A stretch of DNA of 64,000 nucleotides from Azolla caroliniana (Eukaryota; Plantae; Polypodiophyta). Location: NCBI GenBank assembly GCA_043228905.1, contig JBHGNT010000010.1:11532001-11596000 (forward strand), in the 5' to 3' direction. Below, one piece after another: positions 48,565 through 61,369 of this stretch. Numbering within the stretch: the first letter of the stretch is position 1; each line of letters starts with the position of its first letter. The translations under genes were made by a program, and so were the position numbers. The notes beneath the pieces were generated by a model. The model saw only the letters and a list, made by a program, of their open reading frames with translations, was not told the DNA's origin and made no database searches.

Positions 48565-50253
48565 TGGTTCAGACAATGTGATGATGCCAGTAAAGTTATC
48601 AATGCCAAAGGTCTAGGAAAGAATGGGAAGATCATCCAGTTGGGATCAGTAGTTGCATGTGCTCATTGGTCCCCAATTAGAATTGTGGCAGGAGACAATA
48701 AGAAATGGAAGTTGAATCTAGCAGTCGATGAGGTTGAGGATGATTGGATCTTTTATGTAGTTGAAGGCAAGCCACTCAAGTGTTTAGAATAGGATCCTAC
48801 AGAATATACGTGGAGGGGCAAACAAGGTAAATCACATGGTTTCTTTGACTACTCAACTCGCATGGGGAGACCTTTATGCTTGCATTGTGAGAAGTGTGAC
48901 AACAAATGGACCCATGTAGCTGTCGACTCAGTCTTCGTGGATAAAACTAGGAGCAAGATATGGAACTCATCCCTCCTTGAGAGGGTCAAGATGTTTTTTT
49001 GGTTAATCACCCATTGGACCGTTCCAACCGGAGACTAGTTGGGGAAACATGGTGGTATGAGTAAGTGGAAGGCCTGTGGAGCGAGTTTGGAGGATATCGC
49101 ACATTGTGTGTGGAGCTGCTTGCGAGCTCAAGAAGTTTGGATGAGGCACTTAAGAATTATGGCTTGATGCGGGGTCGAAGTTCAGGTATCAAGTGCAGCA
49201 ATTGTTTGGTTAGCTACTGAATCGACTGCATGGTTTCATGGGTGGAATGGAAACAATCCTTTAAAGATGGTGAATGGAACTGTACAACCTCATACATGCA
49301 GGTTCATTCTACATACAGGAACGATACGTAGATATTTGGTTTCTAGTGGCTGGCCTTATTGTTTGGCAGTGTGGGTATCTAGGTGCAAGGAGTCGTTTAC
49401 TGGTAACAATCGGCAACGGTTCGGTTTGAGAGGGTCCAAACTGAACCGTTAAAATTTTTTGAAACCTGAACCAAACCAAACCGTTTAAAAAAAACCTAAA
49501 CCTAAATCGAACCGAACCGTTGAAACCGTTAAGTCGTTAAGCCGTGGGTTCGCGGTTCGGTTCGGTTCAAACCGAATTGTTGCCGATTGTTATTTACCGG
49601 GAAGCGAACCCCATCAGCTAAGAGTTTAATAATGATTTGGTTTAAAAAATAAATAAATAAACATTAAACCATTTAAACCGCGGTTTTTGGCTGTTAAAAC
49701 CGAACCGAACCGTTTAAAAAAAACCTAAACTTGAACCAAACCAAACTTTTGAAATCGTTAAGCCATGGGTTCGAGGTTTGGTTTGGTTCAAACCGAACCG
49801 TTGCCAATTGTTATTTACCGGGAAGCGAACCCCATCGGCTGAGAGTTTAATGATGATTTGGTTTAATCTGATTTCTACGCTACAAGGAAAGTTTGACAGC
49901 CTTCCTTCTAAAACCTCTGACGCTAGCGAAGAAGCTAGATACCTCTTCCTTCTAAAACAGAGAGGTTCTCCGATGCTACATATGGTAGATGGCAATGCAA
50001 AGTGGATTTATCAGCTACCCCAGTGGCTGTTTTCTCCAAGGGTGAAGAGATTGGAGGATGTCTTTGCTGAATGTGGGTTGTGTGAGGCTCATGTTGAGGG
50101 GATTCTATCGAGCAATACTGTGATGAGGCTTTGTTGCTTCATTTATACATGTTGTTTTCTTGTAGTCATGCAAATTGGCTTGTAACATATGAGTTGTATA
50201 TTATCTGATGTACTTTTTCTTAACTAATGGAATTAGTAATTTTTTTGGAAAAA
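48565..50253 (+). mobile_element. 5'-truncated L1-type LINE (zf-RVT 3' end) with poly(A) and TSD
   Basis: KIWNS...VKMFFW...C..SLEDIAHCVWSC..AQEVW; 16-bp TSD AAAAACAGTTTGAGTA at 48549-48564 and 50254-50269. Confidence 0.88.
49404..49813. mobile_element. hAT-type MITE (49404-49592) plus a duplicated right end (to 49813)
   Basis: TIR of about 26 bp (TAACAATCGGCAAC..TTCGGTTTGA); 8-bp TSD TTTAC(T/C)GG at 49396-49403 and 49593-49600; AACCG-rich interior. The empty site is visible in the paralogous LINE near 51550. Confidence 0.85.
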
Positions 50254-51100
50254 AAAAACAGTTTGAGTAATGGGTTGAAACAATTTAAGTAACATGTTTA
50301 CAATGGAGAGCACATAATTATATCTAAATCGGAGCACAATAAGCATGTTTAGATTCATAAGTCACCTAAGATGGTGTATGTGTTTGAAATGATGTACATA
50401 TCCATGTCATGGGTCCTTTTCATCAAAAGATAGTTATTATTATTCAATAAAATAACTTACAATTGCTTTCGACAAAGAAAATTTTAGTGGTGAAATGAAA
50501 AAGGTGTCATGTTAACGTGATACAGGTAAACGCACCTTTAACTTACATGATGCTTAAACATAATAGGCATTAATTAAAATGTGTAGTGTTTAATTAGCAT
50601 TAACAATGCTAATTTGCAATACAAATCAAACTTCTAATTGCTTTAATTATCAATATTATTGTATGGTTATTTCTAATTGTAATTATTTTAATTGAACTAA
50701 TGACAATGCTAATTAGCATTATCATTAAATCATAATTTAAATTTGTGCATTCATCTTAATGATTGGCTTGTACTCTGTCTACTTTTTGACCAAGTGCATA
50801 TTGTGATATTTACAGAAAATATAGTGGGTAGGACCAAAGACATACATAATAGGGATTATGTCGACATTCTATAAAAATAGAATTGATGTTTGAATTGAAC
50901 GAGAAAAACCACAAAAAAACCTCCACGTAGAAGGTTAGGCATACTATATATATATATATACGTATATAAACACAAACTTGTCTTTTATATGATTTTCGAT
51001 AATGCCACCAAGTAAATTGACACATCCCTACTAGTGTGTTCCAAACATGATAATGATATGGTATAGAAATATAAGTTTTTGCATATATATATATATATAT

Positions 51101-51845
51101 TCAAAAACAATTCTACTTCCATTAGTTAAGAAAATGTACATAGGATAGTATATAACTCATATGTTACAAGCCACTTTGCAATGGACAAGAAAACATCATG
51201 TATAAATGAAGCAACAAAGCCTCGTCACAGAATTACTCGACAGACTCCCCTCAACATGAGCCTCACACAATCCACATTCAGCAAAAACACCCTCCAATCT
51301 CTTCACAATTCAACATCTACCTCTATGTTTGGTACCCTAGGAGGAAACAGCCACCGGGGTGGCTAATAAATCCACTTTACATTACCATCCACCATCTATA
51401 ACATCGGAGAACCTCTCCATTTAAGAAAGAAGTGGTATCTAACTTCTTCACTCGCATCAGACGACCCCTGAAAGCTGTCAAACTTTCCTTGTAGCATAGA
51501 AATCAGATTAAACCAAATCGTCATTAAACTCTTAGCTAATGGGGTTCGCTTCCCGGTAAACGACTCCTTGCACCTAGATACCCACACTTGCCAAACAGTA
51601 AGGCCAACCACTAAAAACCAAACATCTACATATTGTTCCTGTATGTAGAATGAATCTCCTTGAGCCGCAGGTTGAACTGTTCCATTCACCACCTTTAAAG
51701 AAGGGCTATTTCCATTCCACCCATGAAACCATGCAACCGATTTAGTAGCTAACCAAACAACTGTTGCACTTGATACCTGAACTTCCACCCCGCATCGAGC
51801 CAAAATTCTTAAGCTCCTCGTCCAAACTTCTTGGGCTCGCGAACT
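51101..51845 (-). mobile_element. Second L1 3'-end fragment of the same family, in inverted orientation
   Basis: Reverse complement of about 49120-50248 without the MITE; ends at (TA)n 51083-51100. Confidence 0.85.
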
Positions 51846-54753
51846 ATGAGATAAACAGATCACCCTTAGTACCCTTGGACGGAAACACACCGCAAAGAGT
51901 ATGGACCGGTAAGGACGTGCCTTACAGGCATCTAAAGGTGTTTGGGTGTCTCGCATATGTGCATGTTGCAAAGGACAAGAGAGAAAAACTGGATCCGAAG
52001 TCCCGATCATGCATATTGCTTGGATACGGCGATGATGAGTTCGATTACCGGGTGTGGGATCTGGTTGACAAGAAGGTATCCCATAGTCGGGACATAGTCT
52101 TCATGGAAGACGGGACCATTGCCGACTGGGAGTCGGAGGAGAAGAAGATGATCAACTCCGAATCATCCAATGAAAACCGGTTTGAGGACACAAGGACCTA
52201 CCCGGTTGAAAACCAGATGTTGGCTGGCAACCAAAGGACATTCGACAAACCGGCCGGATATGGGCAAGAAACCAAACCGATCGAAGAAGAAGAAGAAGAA
52301 GAAGACACTGGAACCGGACAAGATCCCAAATCGGATTCGGATTCAGAACAGATGGAGGAACCGTTAGTCAGAAACCAGGGACAGAGATATCCTCTCCGAG
52401 AGAGAAGAGCCCCCCAGAGATTTCCGGATGCAGAGTATGTGTTGCTAACCGATGAGGGGGAGCCGGAAAGCTTCGAAGAAGCAAAGAGACACACCCACAG
52501 CCACAAGTGGTTGAGTGCCATGCAGGACGAGATGGATTCCCTACATGAGAACCACACGTATGAACTGACGGAGTTGCCGAAAGGGAAAAGAGCACTCCAG
52601 AACAAGTGGGTGTACAAGCTGAAACCAGGAGACGCTGGAAATCCACCAAGGTACAAAACTCGGATCGTGGTGAAGGGCTTCTAGCAGAAGAAAGGACAGG
52701 ACAAGATGGATTCCCTACATGAGAACCACACGTATGAACTGGCGGAGTTGCCGAAAGGGAAAAGAGCACTTCGGAACAAGTGGGTGTACAAGCTGAAATC
52801 GGGAGATGCTGGAAATCCACCAAGGTACAAAACTCAGATCGTGGTGAAGGGCTTCCAGCAGAAGAAAGGAGTGGACTTTGATGAGATCTTTGCCCCGGTA
52901 GTAAAGATGACATCCATCTGGATGGTATTGAGCATAACGGCAAGCATGGACCTTGAGGTAGAGCAATTGGACGTCAAGACGACATTCCTACATGGCGACC
53001 TCAAAGAAGAGATCTACATGCATCAACCGGAAGGATTTGAGAAGAAAGGGAAGGAGCACCTGGTGAGCCGGCTGAAGAAAAGCTTATACAGACTGAAGCA
53101 AGCTCCTCAGCAATGGTACCGGAAGTTCGACTCCTTCATGACCGACCAAGGGTACGACACGATGTAGGCCGATCATTGTGTGTTTGTGAAGAAATTTGAC
53201 GGAGGAGATTTCCTGATACTCCTATATGTGGATGATATGCTTATCGTCGAACGAAACCAGGGCCACATTCGGATGCTAAAGAAGGCTCTGAACCAGACCT
53301 TCTTAATGAAAGACTTGGGTCTAGCAAGACAGATATTGGGAGTGCACATCATCCGGGACCAGTCGAAGAAGCTGTTGTGGTTGTCACAGGAGAAGTACGT
53401 GACAAAGGTGCTTCAACGGTTCAACATGTTGGAGACGAAACCGGTTGGATCGACACTTCCGGCAAACTACAAGCTATCTAGAAAACAAAGACCAAGAAGA
53501 TGGATATGATGAAGATACCATATGCCTCTGTCGTCGGAAGCTTGATGTCCGCAATGGTATGTACCCATGCGAATATCGGATATGTAGTCGGAGTGGTAAG
53601 CTAGTTCATGAGCAATCCGGGAAGAGAGCATTGGAACGCGGTCAAGTGGATACTCCGGTATCTGAAAGGCACCTTGAGTATGTGCCTCCGGTTCAACTCC
53701 GGTAATCCCCAACTTGACGAATTCACGAATTCGGATATGTTGGCTGATGCGGATACCAGTCGGTCTACATCCGGATATGTCATGACTTATGTAGGGGGAG
53801 CTGTTTCGTGGCAGTCGAGGCTGCAGAAGACGGTTGCGTTGTCAATCACGGAGGTGGAGTACATGGCAGTTGTAGAAGCCGGCAAGGAGATAATCTGGAG
53901 GAAGGACTTCATCGGAGAGCTATGAATCCAACAGGAGGAATATTGTCTCTACTACGACAATCAAAGTGCCATCCACCTTGCAAAGAACGCGGCCTACCAT
54001 TCCCAGACGAAACATATCCAACGAAGGTACCACTAGATCAAAGAGAGAGTAGAAGATCAAGAGTTTGTGCTGACGAAGATCCACACGGAGAAGAACGGGT
54101 CAGATATGCTGACCAAGGTGTTGGCAACTGACAAGTTGGACGCGTTTCGAAAGCTGATCGAGCTAACGAGGCATCCCATGTTGAAGTGAAGGGGGAGATT
54201 ATTGGGAAATCGGTTCCTCCAGATGGGATCCGGTGATGAGTTAAGAGGACCCGGTGAGAACTAGAAGAGATCCGGAAACCAGAGGAGACCTGGTGAGAAC
54301 CAGAAGAGAAGACATATTTGTAAATATGTTTTGAGTAAGCCTATTGAGGCTATATTTGTAAATAGCCCTAAGTTCATATAAGTATAAATATGACTTAGGG
54401 CAATCACTTTATTATGTAGTGGTTGTAGTTGTTGTCATGTTGTTGTAACTATTGTATAAAGAGCGACAGAGAGGGAGAGAGTGTGAGATATAAAGAGATA
54501 CTCTGTTGTAATCGTCGGTTGGCGAAGATATAGAGCTTGAGGTTGTTGCCTCCGAGGCTTTGATTGCACCTTTCTCCTATAGTGATTGTTGGAGTTTGTG
54601 GGCTCCCGTGGTTTTTCCCTAATTGGGTTTTCCACGTAAACATCCTGTGTATTTCCTTTGTGTACTCTCCACTTCCCATTTCTATGTTTCATTCTCAGTG
54701 AAGTGATTCAAGACTCGATTGTGGTCGAGCAATATTCCGTGCTTTTCCCTTCA
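51846..54753 (+). mobile_element. 5'-truncated degenerate Copia F (same family as C): INT end, RT, RH, PPT and 3' LTR (54200-54753)
   Basis: ORFs 51764-52684, 52706-53167, 53180-53509 and 53608-53925 closely resemble C; tandem duplication of about 175 bp at 52520-52870; PPT GAAGGGGGAGA. Confidence 0.9.
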
Positions 54754-57700
54754 GAAGGCTTGTAGAGTGTGGGCGAAGGCCGACTACTTCCAGCCATCAT
54801 GGGTAATGTGCCGCTTCGATGGAGCTCTTGGGCTCTTGTTCGGCCGCTCCCTTCATCGCAAAGGCATAGTGATGGGCCATATACTCATTGTAGCCAAGCC
54901 GAGTGACGGGGTTCTTAGCTCTAGATGAGCGTCGAAGTTTTTCGGTCGTCGATGTGAGCGCCTTCTTTACTCTGGGTGTCCACATGATGGGTACACCAAA
55001 CACACTGTCTAGTGAGCGAGCCAACGCATCCGAATCACTGTCGTCGGGGTGGTCGACTTCGTATTCGGGCATCTTACCTTTGCTTTTGTCCAAGGTTGTA
55101 CTTGGCCGCGACGTGCTTGGGTCATGCGTGGGCTCTTGTGGCCCACTAGGCTTTGCCGTAATTGGACTTTCTTCGAACATGTTCGTTTGGGATGCATACA
55201 TTCGCAATGCTTCCGAATACCTTGAGGTGCGACATGATCGGCTTCCTTCCGACGAGGAGCTCGTATGGAGTTAGCTCATGCACTCCATTAGTGGTGCACC
55301 GGTTCATGAGATAGACGGCCGTGGATGCCTTTTCGGTCCAATAGAAGTTCAGCATGTGCTTTCTCATGCATCATGGCGTGTGTTGCCTCGAGTATTTGCC
55401 GATTCTTCCTTTCAGCCACTCCATTTTGTTGGGTGTGTGTCGGCATGAGAATTTTCTCCGAATGCCTTCACTTTGGAGGTAGGAGGTGAATTCATCAGAG
55501 AAGTACTCCTTTCCTCCATCCGATCGTAGGCATCGAATGTGCCGATCGGTTTCTTTTTCGACTTGGCCCTTCAGCTTTTGGAAGTGGGAGAGCACTTCGC
55601 TCTTCTTCTTCATCAGGAAGATCCATGTGTAGCGCGAGTAGTCGTCAAAGAAGGTGATGTAGAATCAGCATCCGCCGATCGTCAGCATTTGAGCCGGTCC
55701 CCATACATCCGAGTGTATGATGTCAAGGAGGCCTTTGCTTGCGTAGCTCTCCTTCGGGAATGGGAGTCGATGTTGTTTGCCGAGTTGGCATGCTTTGCAT
55801 ACTCGATCGACTCGTTTTGACTCGAATGTCGGAAGTCCAATCATGGCTCCCTTTGTTTGCATCGCTCGGAGCCGTTGGAGTTTTATGTGGCCGATTCTCT
55901 TGTGCCACAACTCGATGCTTGTCTCGGTTTTGAGACCTTTGGCATACATGGCCGATTTCATCTCGTTCGAATCGAGGATGGCCATGCAACCGTCTCTTCA
56001 TCCCTTGGCTATGAGTCAACCATCTTTCTCAATGAAACAACCTTCGTTGTTGAAGCGGACTTGCATGCCTTGCTCCATGATTTGGCCGACCGAGACCAAA
56101 TTCTTCGTCATTGTGGGCACATGCAAGACATTCTTGATGCAAGTTTTTTCGTCTTCTTTCTCGAATGGGAAATTGCCGATGTGCCAAATGGGATGTGTGG
56201 TGTTGTCTCCCATTTCTATGAAGCCGGGTCGGTCCGGCGTTTGTAAGTCACGAAACCACTTTTGGTGTGACGTTATATGATGTGAGATGCTAGAATCGAC
56301 GAACCACACGTCTTCCGAGTTGGAGGTGCTTGCGGAGTCGGAGGACGACAGAGAGTTTGCTCTATGCCTCATTACGAAGAGTTCGCCGTAGTCGTCGTAT
56401 TCGGAGTTGACGGCGTAATTCGTGAGTTGTCGACTTGTCGAAGCCGACTCGCTTCTTCTTTTTCTGCACTCCTCCTCGCGGTGGCCAATTTGTCCACAAT
56501 AGTTGCAAATTGCAGGCCTCATTCGCTGACCTTGTTCAGCATGGAAGCTCCCCCCTTCTTCCGAAGGTTCCTTGATGGCTTCCGTGAAGGTTTGAGCTCC
56601 CTTCGTGTGATGGGCCGAATTGGCCTCTTCTACCGTCGTGATCTCCTCCGCCGTGACCTCGTCCTCGGCCACCATCCGAACTTGAGAAGAACATTTGTCC
56701 TTCCGACGTCTTCATCTTGGTTCGGACATGGTTCTCTTCGACCAATAACATTGATTGGAGGTCGACCAATAACGTTTATTTTGATGGAGCCAAGTGAGTC
56801 TCAAATGCTCTTGATCTTGGCGGTGTAGTCCAACACAAACATGTCTTTTTGCCAAATGTTATTCAACTCTTGTTGGAGTTGAAGCTTTCGGGCGGTTATG
56901 TTGGCGGCGAACATTTTCTTTAATTTCTCCCATGCCTCTTTGGGCGTCTTGGCGTCTTGAATGTGGCTAAGCATGTGGTCGTGGACACATGTTGCCAAGC
57001 AATACATGACTCGATTCGCCGCTTGCTCCCATGTTGAGTAGTCGGCGTTCTTTGGGTCAGGTCGATTTTCTTGAGCGTCGTTGATGTAGCTCTAATACCC
57101 TTGGCCAACAAGGTATTGGGTCATTTTGTTCTCCCAAGATGAATAATTGCTCCAGTCTAGCTTTTCACTAGGGAGCGAGCTACCCATTTGTATGTTCATT
57201 TTGATGTAGTGTCTTCCATTTTGCTTTTCTTCCTTCAATCGCGTACTCGTGCTACATAATGGCACTACGATAGCGGATAACCGGAATTTGTCATCGGCAT
57301 TTCGAACACACAATTATGAAGAGGCGGATGGGTTTAGTGGATGTGCTAAACCACACGCTCTGATACCATGTTAAGAATTAGGTAAGTAATTAAGGGTTAA
57401 TTAGTACCTAATTATGTGATTAAGTTAATAAGCGGAAGATTAAGTGATATGTGTGTGTATGTGCGTGAGAGGAAGAGAGAGAGGAAGATACACTTATGAA
57501 CAACACAAGATGGGGGATGAGTAACTATATTAAATTAGCATTATCATCATCAAATACAAAAAAAAAATACCCACAATGAGGTATATATAGATCTCATGTG
57601 CAAGGGTGCACATGTGTGAGGAGAATATAGGTACAAGGGTGTAAGTCCTATATTAAATGTACTTGGGAGTGGAGGATCTAGAATATCCCACTTAAGTACA

Positions 57701-57813
57701 AGGTCCTATTTAAAGCGTTATAGTCAACACTTCTAACTAGATTCTATCTAGGTAACTACGATGTTACATGGTTGACTAACTAACTAAACTAAGTTGAGTT
57801 TGATCTCTCAACA
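54754..57813 (-). mobile_element. Copia G (5' LTR 57369-57813, PBS, gag-PR-INT; RT and RH missing)
   Basis: PBS GCTCTGATACCA at 57357-57368; LTR TGTT...AACA; gag LPSEKLD, CCHC CNYCGQIGH, WFVDS, IHSDVWGP. Confidence 0.88.
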
Positions 57814-58436
57814 AGAGGCTCGGGGGAGAAGTCGACATTCGGGCAGTCGAAAATCCTTGTGGTGGGACACCTGTGCGGGCCATACGGTCGGAAACCGTCT
57901 CCGGCTAAGGTAGAGGCCATTTTGGCAATGAAGGAAGTATGTAGGTCGACCACAGAGGTTCGAAGATTCCTTAGAGCATGTGCATTCTACCACATTTGGA
58001 TTCCACACTACGAGCATATTGTCGGGCCACTCTATGGCTTGCTGAAGAAGGGGTGGAGGTTCGAATTGGGAGAGGAGCACTTGAAGGCGGTACGAAATTG
58101 AAGGAGATGCTGGCAGCGACACTGGCTCTCGGGAAGGCGGTTTACAAGAAGGGAGCTCCAGTATACGTGATGGTCGACACGAGTTCGATCGGAATCGGAT
58201 GGGTGATCAACCATGAGGACGAGGTGATCCAATTCGGAGCAAAGGTACTTAGCAAGCGGCAGCGAGGATATGGCCAAGTCAAGGGAGAACTATGGGGTAA
58301 TGTTTCAGCGGTCAAGGCCGATAAAGACTATTTATTGATAATCATGACAGACTGCCTATTGATTCTCGGTATGGTTTACGGATGCGCGACTCCGGACCTT
58401 GCGATGCTCAGGTGGATCGCATACATAAAGTTCTTG
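57814..58436 (+). pseudogene. Gypsy RT/RH fragment of family B
   Basis: GHLCGPYGRKPSPAKVEAI and TPDLAMLRWIAYIK, homologous to 4960-5610. Confidence 0.88.
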
Positions 58437-60326
58437 TGTAGCGGACAAGCTCAACCGGATCCGGATCAGCTGAACAAGCCAGAGCCGGATCAGAGTCCGG
58501 AATGAAGAACCGGATCGGTGTCCGGAACTAGGAGCCGAATCAGATTGGAACCAGTAGGCTGTTAGAGGCCTACGAACCTAGCCTAGTACGTAGACATATT
58601 TTTAGGAGTCAATGTTAGTCGTTGGTATGAGCATTGAAGTACTTGTCAGTACTTCTATTAGTTTGTGTAAGGACTTGTATAAAAGTGCTCTCTGAGCACA
58701 TTCTATGTACAGAGTGTTATCATTTTGAAATTGAGTTTACTGTTCTACTCACTCTGTCTCTCACGTGTAAGGTTTCCATTAAAACCAGTGTCTATATTCT
58801 TTAGCTATCCGGATGAGCTTGTTTTGTTTTAGCTTCCACAATCGTATTCTTTTACATGGTATCAGAGCACGAGGGTTGAGAACCTTTGCAGTCGACAAGT
58901 GTTTTCTGAAGACAAACCCTAACACCCAGTAAAGAACTGACATAAGAAGGATATGGACCAAGGAATGGCTAGCTCGCCCCCGACGGAGAAGCTCGACATA
59001 TCCAACTATGCATTTTGGTCGTACAAGATGCACTAGTACCTGCTTGGGCATGGCTATTGGAGTTATGTCGACGGAGCCAACGATACGGCACCTGATGCAA
59101 CACACAGGGACTTCCCAACTTGGGAACAACCGGCAAGCAGAGTTATGTACTATTTTGCGTCCAGTGTCGGCGATTAGTTGTTGAGCCATATCCGGGACGT
59201 TAAGATGCCGAAGGAAGCTTGGGGAAACTTGAAGAAGGGCTTCGCTGCAAGCACTATGGCCCGGAAGCTGTAACTTTGACAGAAGTTGAGCAATGTCCGA
59301 TAGAAGGACATGTCGGTGGCCGACTATACGGCCCGGATCAAAGACATCCGCGACTCACTTGCCTCCATCAACATGACCATCGAGGAAGATGAAATGGTAT
59401 AGGTTTGTCTCGGGGGCCTAGCATCAAAGTTCAGAGCATTCCGGACGGCGGTATGTACAAGCGAGAATACGCCCTCATTTTTCGACTTACAGTCGATGCT
59501 CCTTATAGAGGAGAACCACTTGGGTGCTTCAACAAGCACACACACCGACAACAGGATGTTATGCACCAAAGCGGATTGGCCCCATGGTCGTGGCGGACGA
59601 AGCGGATCGGCACACGGTGGAAGTGGCCGACAAGAGCAAAATCGGAGGCACAATGATGGTGCCAACAACAGTTCCGAACCTCCACAAGCAGGGGGAGTCA
59701 AGGCAGTGCCGGGAGCCGATGGGAAATGACTGCGACGGACTGTTGCTACTGTGGTCGGAAGGGCCATAGAGAGATCGAGTGATGGAAGAAGCGCGCCGAT
59801 TCGGATAAATCTTCGGATCCGGCAAGGCCGAACAAGGGAACTGGCAAAGCTCACACTACGCAGGAGGATCGGAAGGATCTGGAATCGGGAAGACTGAAAA
59901 AGGGTCAACCTTTGTGATGAAGCACAAGGTGAACTCAATGAAGAAGACCACTTTCGGATCGAAGGAAGTGTGGTACGTTGACTCCGGAGCATCTAACCAC
60001 ATGACGAGCCACGAAGAGTGGTTCTCGTTTCTAGAAAAGCCAGAGCAACCGGAGACGACACTCCTCTCCTGATAGTGCATGTCAGAGAAGTTCCTTTAAG
60101 TCATGTTGGACAAAAGGGAAAGTTGATGAAAGTTTTACACGTCCCGACAATCACAAAGAACCTGGTATCAGTCGGGCAGATTGTCGACCAGGGGATGCAT
60201 GTGCAGTTTACGCACCTTGGGTGCTTCATTGAGGAAGAGGGTCAGATCATAACGCAAGGGCACCGCTGTCGTGAAGGATTTGCTTCACGATATAAAAATA
60301 AACTTAAATATTGTATTTAGTAATAT

Positions 60327-61369
60327 TGTGGTGTGCATGTGTTCCTTTGTGCCACCCTTTTAGCACACCCTTTTTAGCCAAGCCAACCCAAATGGGTTCC
60401 GTTGTATCAACCATAAATTGATTAAGAAGTAAGAAGCTAAGTAGACTGGTTTTGATCTCTTATGTGCATTTCACATATTGGTGGAGATGACGGGGTACCA
60501 CATATTGGTGGAGATGACGGGGTACCAGTCCCCCACATCCAAGCATCCGCCTCTTCCGCTTCGTAGGTAGCATCGCCCTCACCACCATCACCGACACTCT
60601 TGTTAGTCTCTTGTAGTAGTATCTCTTCTATTAGCACCGCCTTAGTTCACTAGTTAGGCCTCCTGATATCCACCGCTTCATCATCAACATCGCTTCATTG
60701 TCTCTATTTTTTAGTTTCTTTCGTGTTCGTGTTCGTGTTCGTGTTCCTGGTGAGGGCCGCATGGTCGCTCACGCTCGTTCGTGTTCGAGTTCTCGATGAG
60801 GGCCGCACATGGCCGCTCACTCCCGTTCGTGTTCCTGTTCCCAGTGAGGGCCGCATGGTCGCTCACTCCCGTTTGTGTTCCAGTCTCCGGTGAGGACCAC
60901 ACATGGCCGCTCACTCCAACTATTGTTTGTGTTCCAGATCCCAGTGAGGACCGACATGGTCGCTCATGCCCGTTGTTGTTCATGTTCCAGTTCCCGGTGA
61001 GGGCCACATGGTCACTCACTCGTTCGTGTTCCAATTCTCGATGAGGACAACATGGTTGCTCACGCCCGTTGGTGTTCGTGTTCCAACTCTCAACGAGGAC
61101 CGTTCCAGTTCCCGGCAAGGACCACACATGGTCACTCATGCTCCTCAATCTCTTGTTTCTCGCAGGGGGGAAATGTGGTGTGCATGTGTTCCTTTGTGCC
61201 ACCCTTTTAGCACACCCTTTTTAGGATGCGTGTGCCCAAAATGACCCACCCTTTTAGCACACCCTTTTTAGTCAAGCCAACCCAAATGGGTTCCGTTGTA
61301 TCAACTATAAATTGATTAAGAAGTAAGAAGCTAAGTAGACTTGTTTTGATCTCTTATGTGCATTTCACA
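60327..61369 (+). mobile_element. TRIM-like non-autonomous LTR retrotransposon J
   Basis: LTRs at 60327-60475 and 61174-61369 (TGTG...CACA); PBS TGGTGGAGATG twice; PPT AGGGGGGAAA at 61164-61173; TSD ATAT at 60323-60326 and 61370-61373; no gag or pol. Confidence 0.9.
60750..61140. repeat. Array of about 8 palindromic units (period mostly 44-54 bp) inside TRIM J
   Basis: Core GTGAG-G(G/A)CC-loop-GG(T/C)C-G-CTCAC separated by GTTCGTGTTCC-like linkers. Confidence 0.85.

Noticed and set aside
60750-61140. CRISPR-like array of palindromic repeats
   Set aside because: The linkers resemble one another rather than being unique spacers, there are no cas genes, and the context is a eukaryotic LTR element.
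60711-61202. 163-aa minus-strand ORF with His/Glu repeats
   Set aside because: It derives from the repeat array; unit lengths are not consistently multiples of 3 and it starts inside an LTR.
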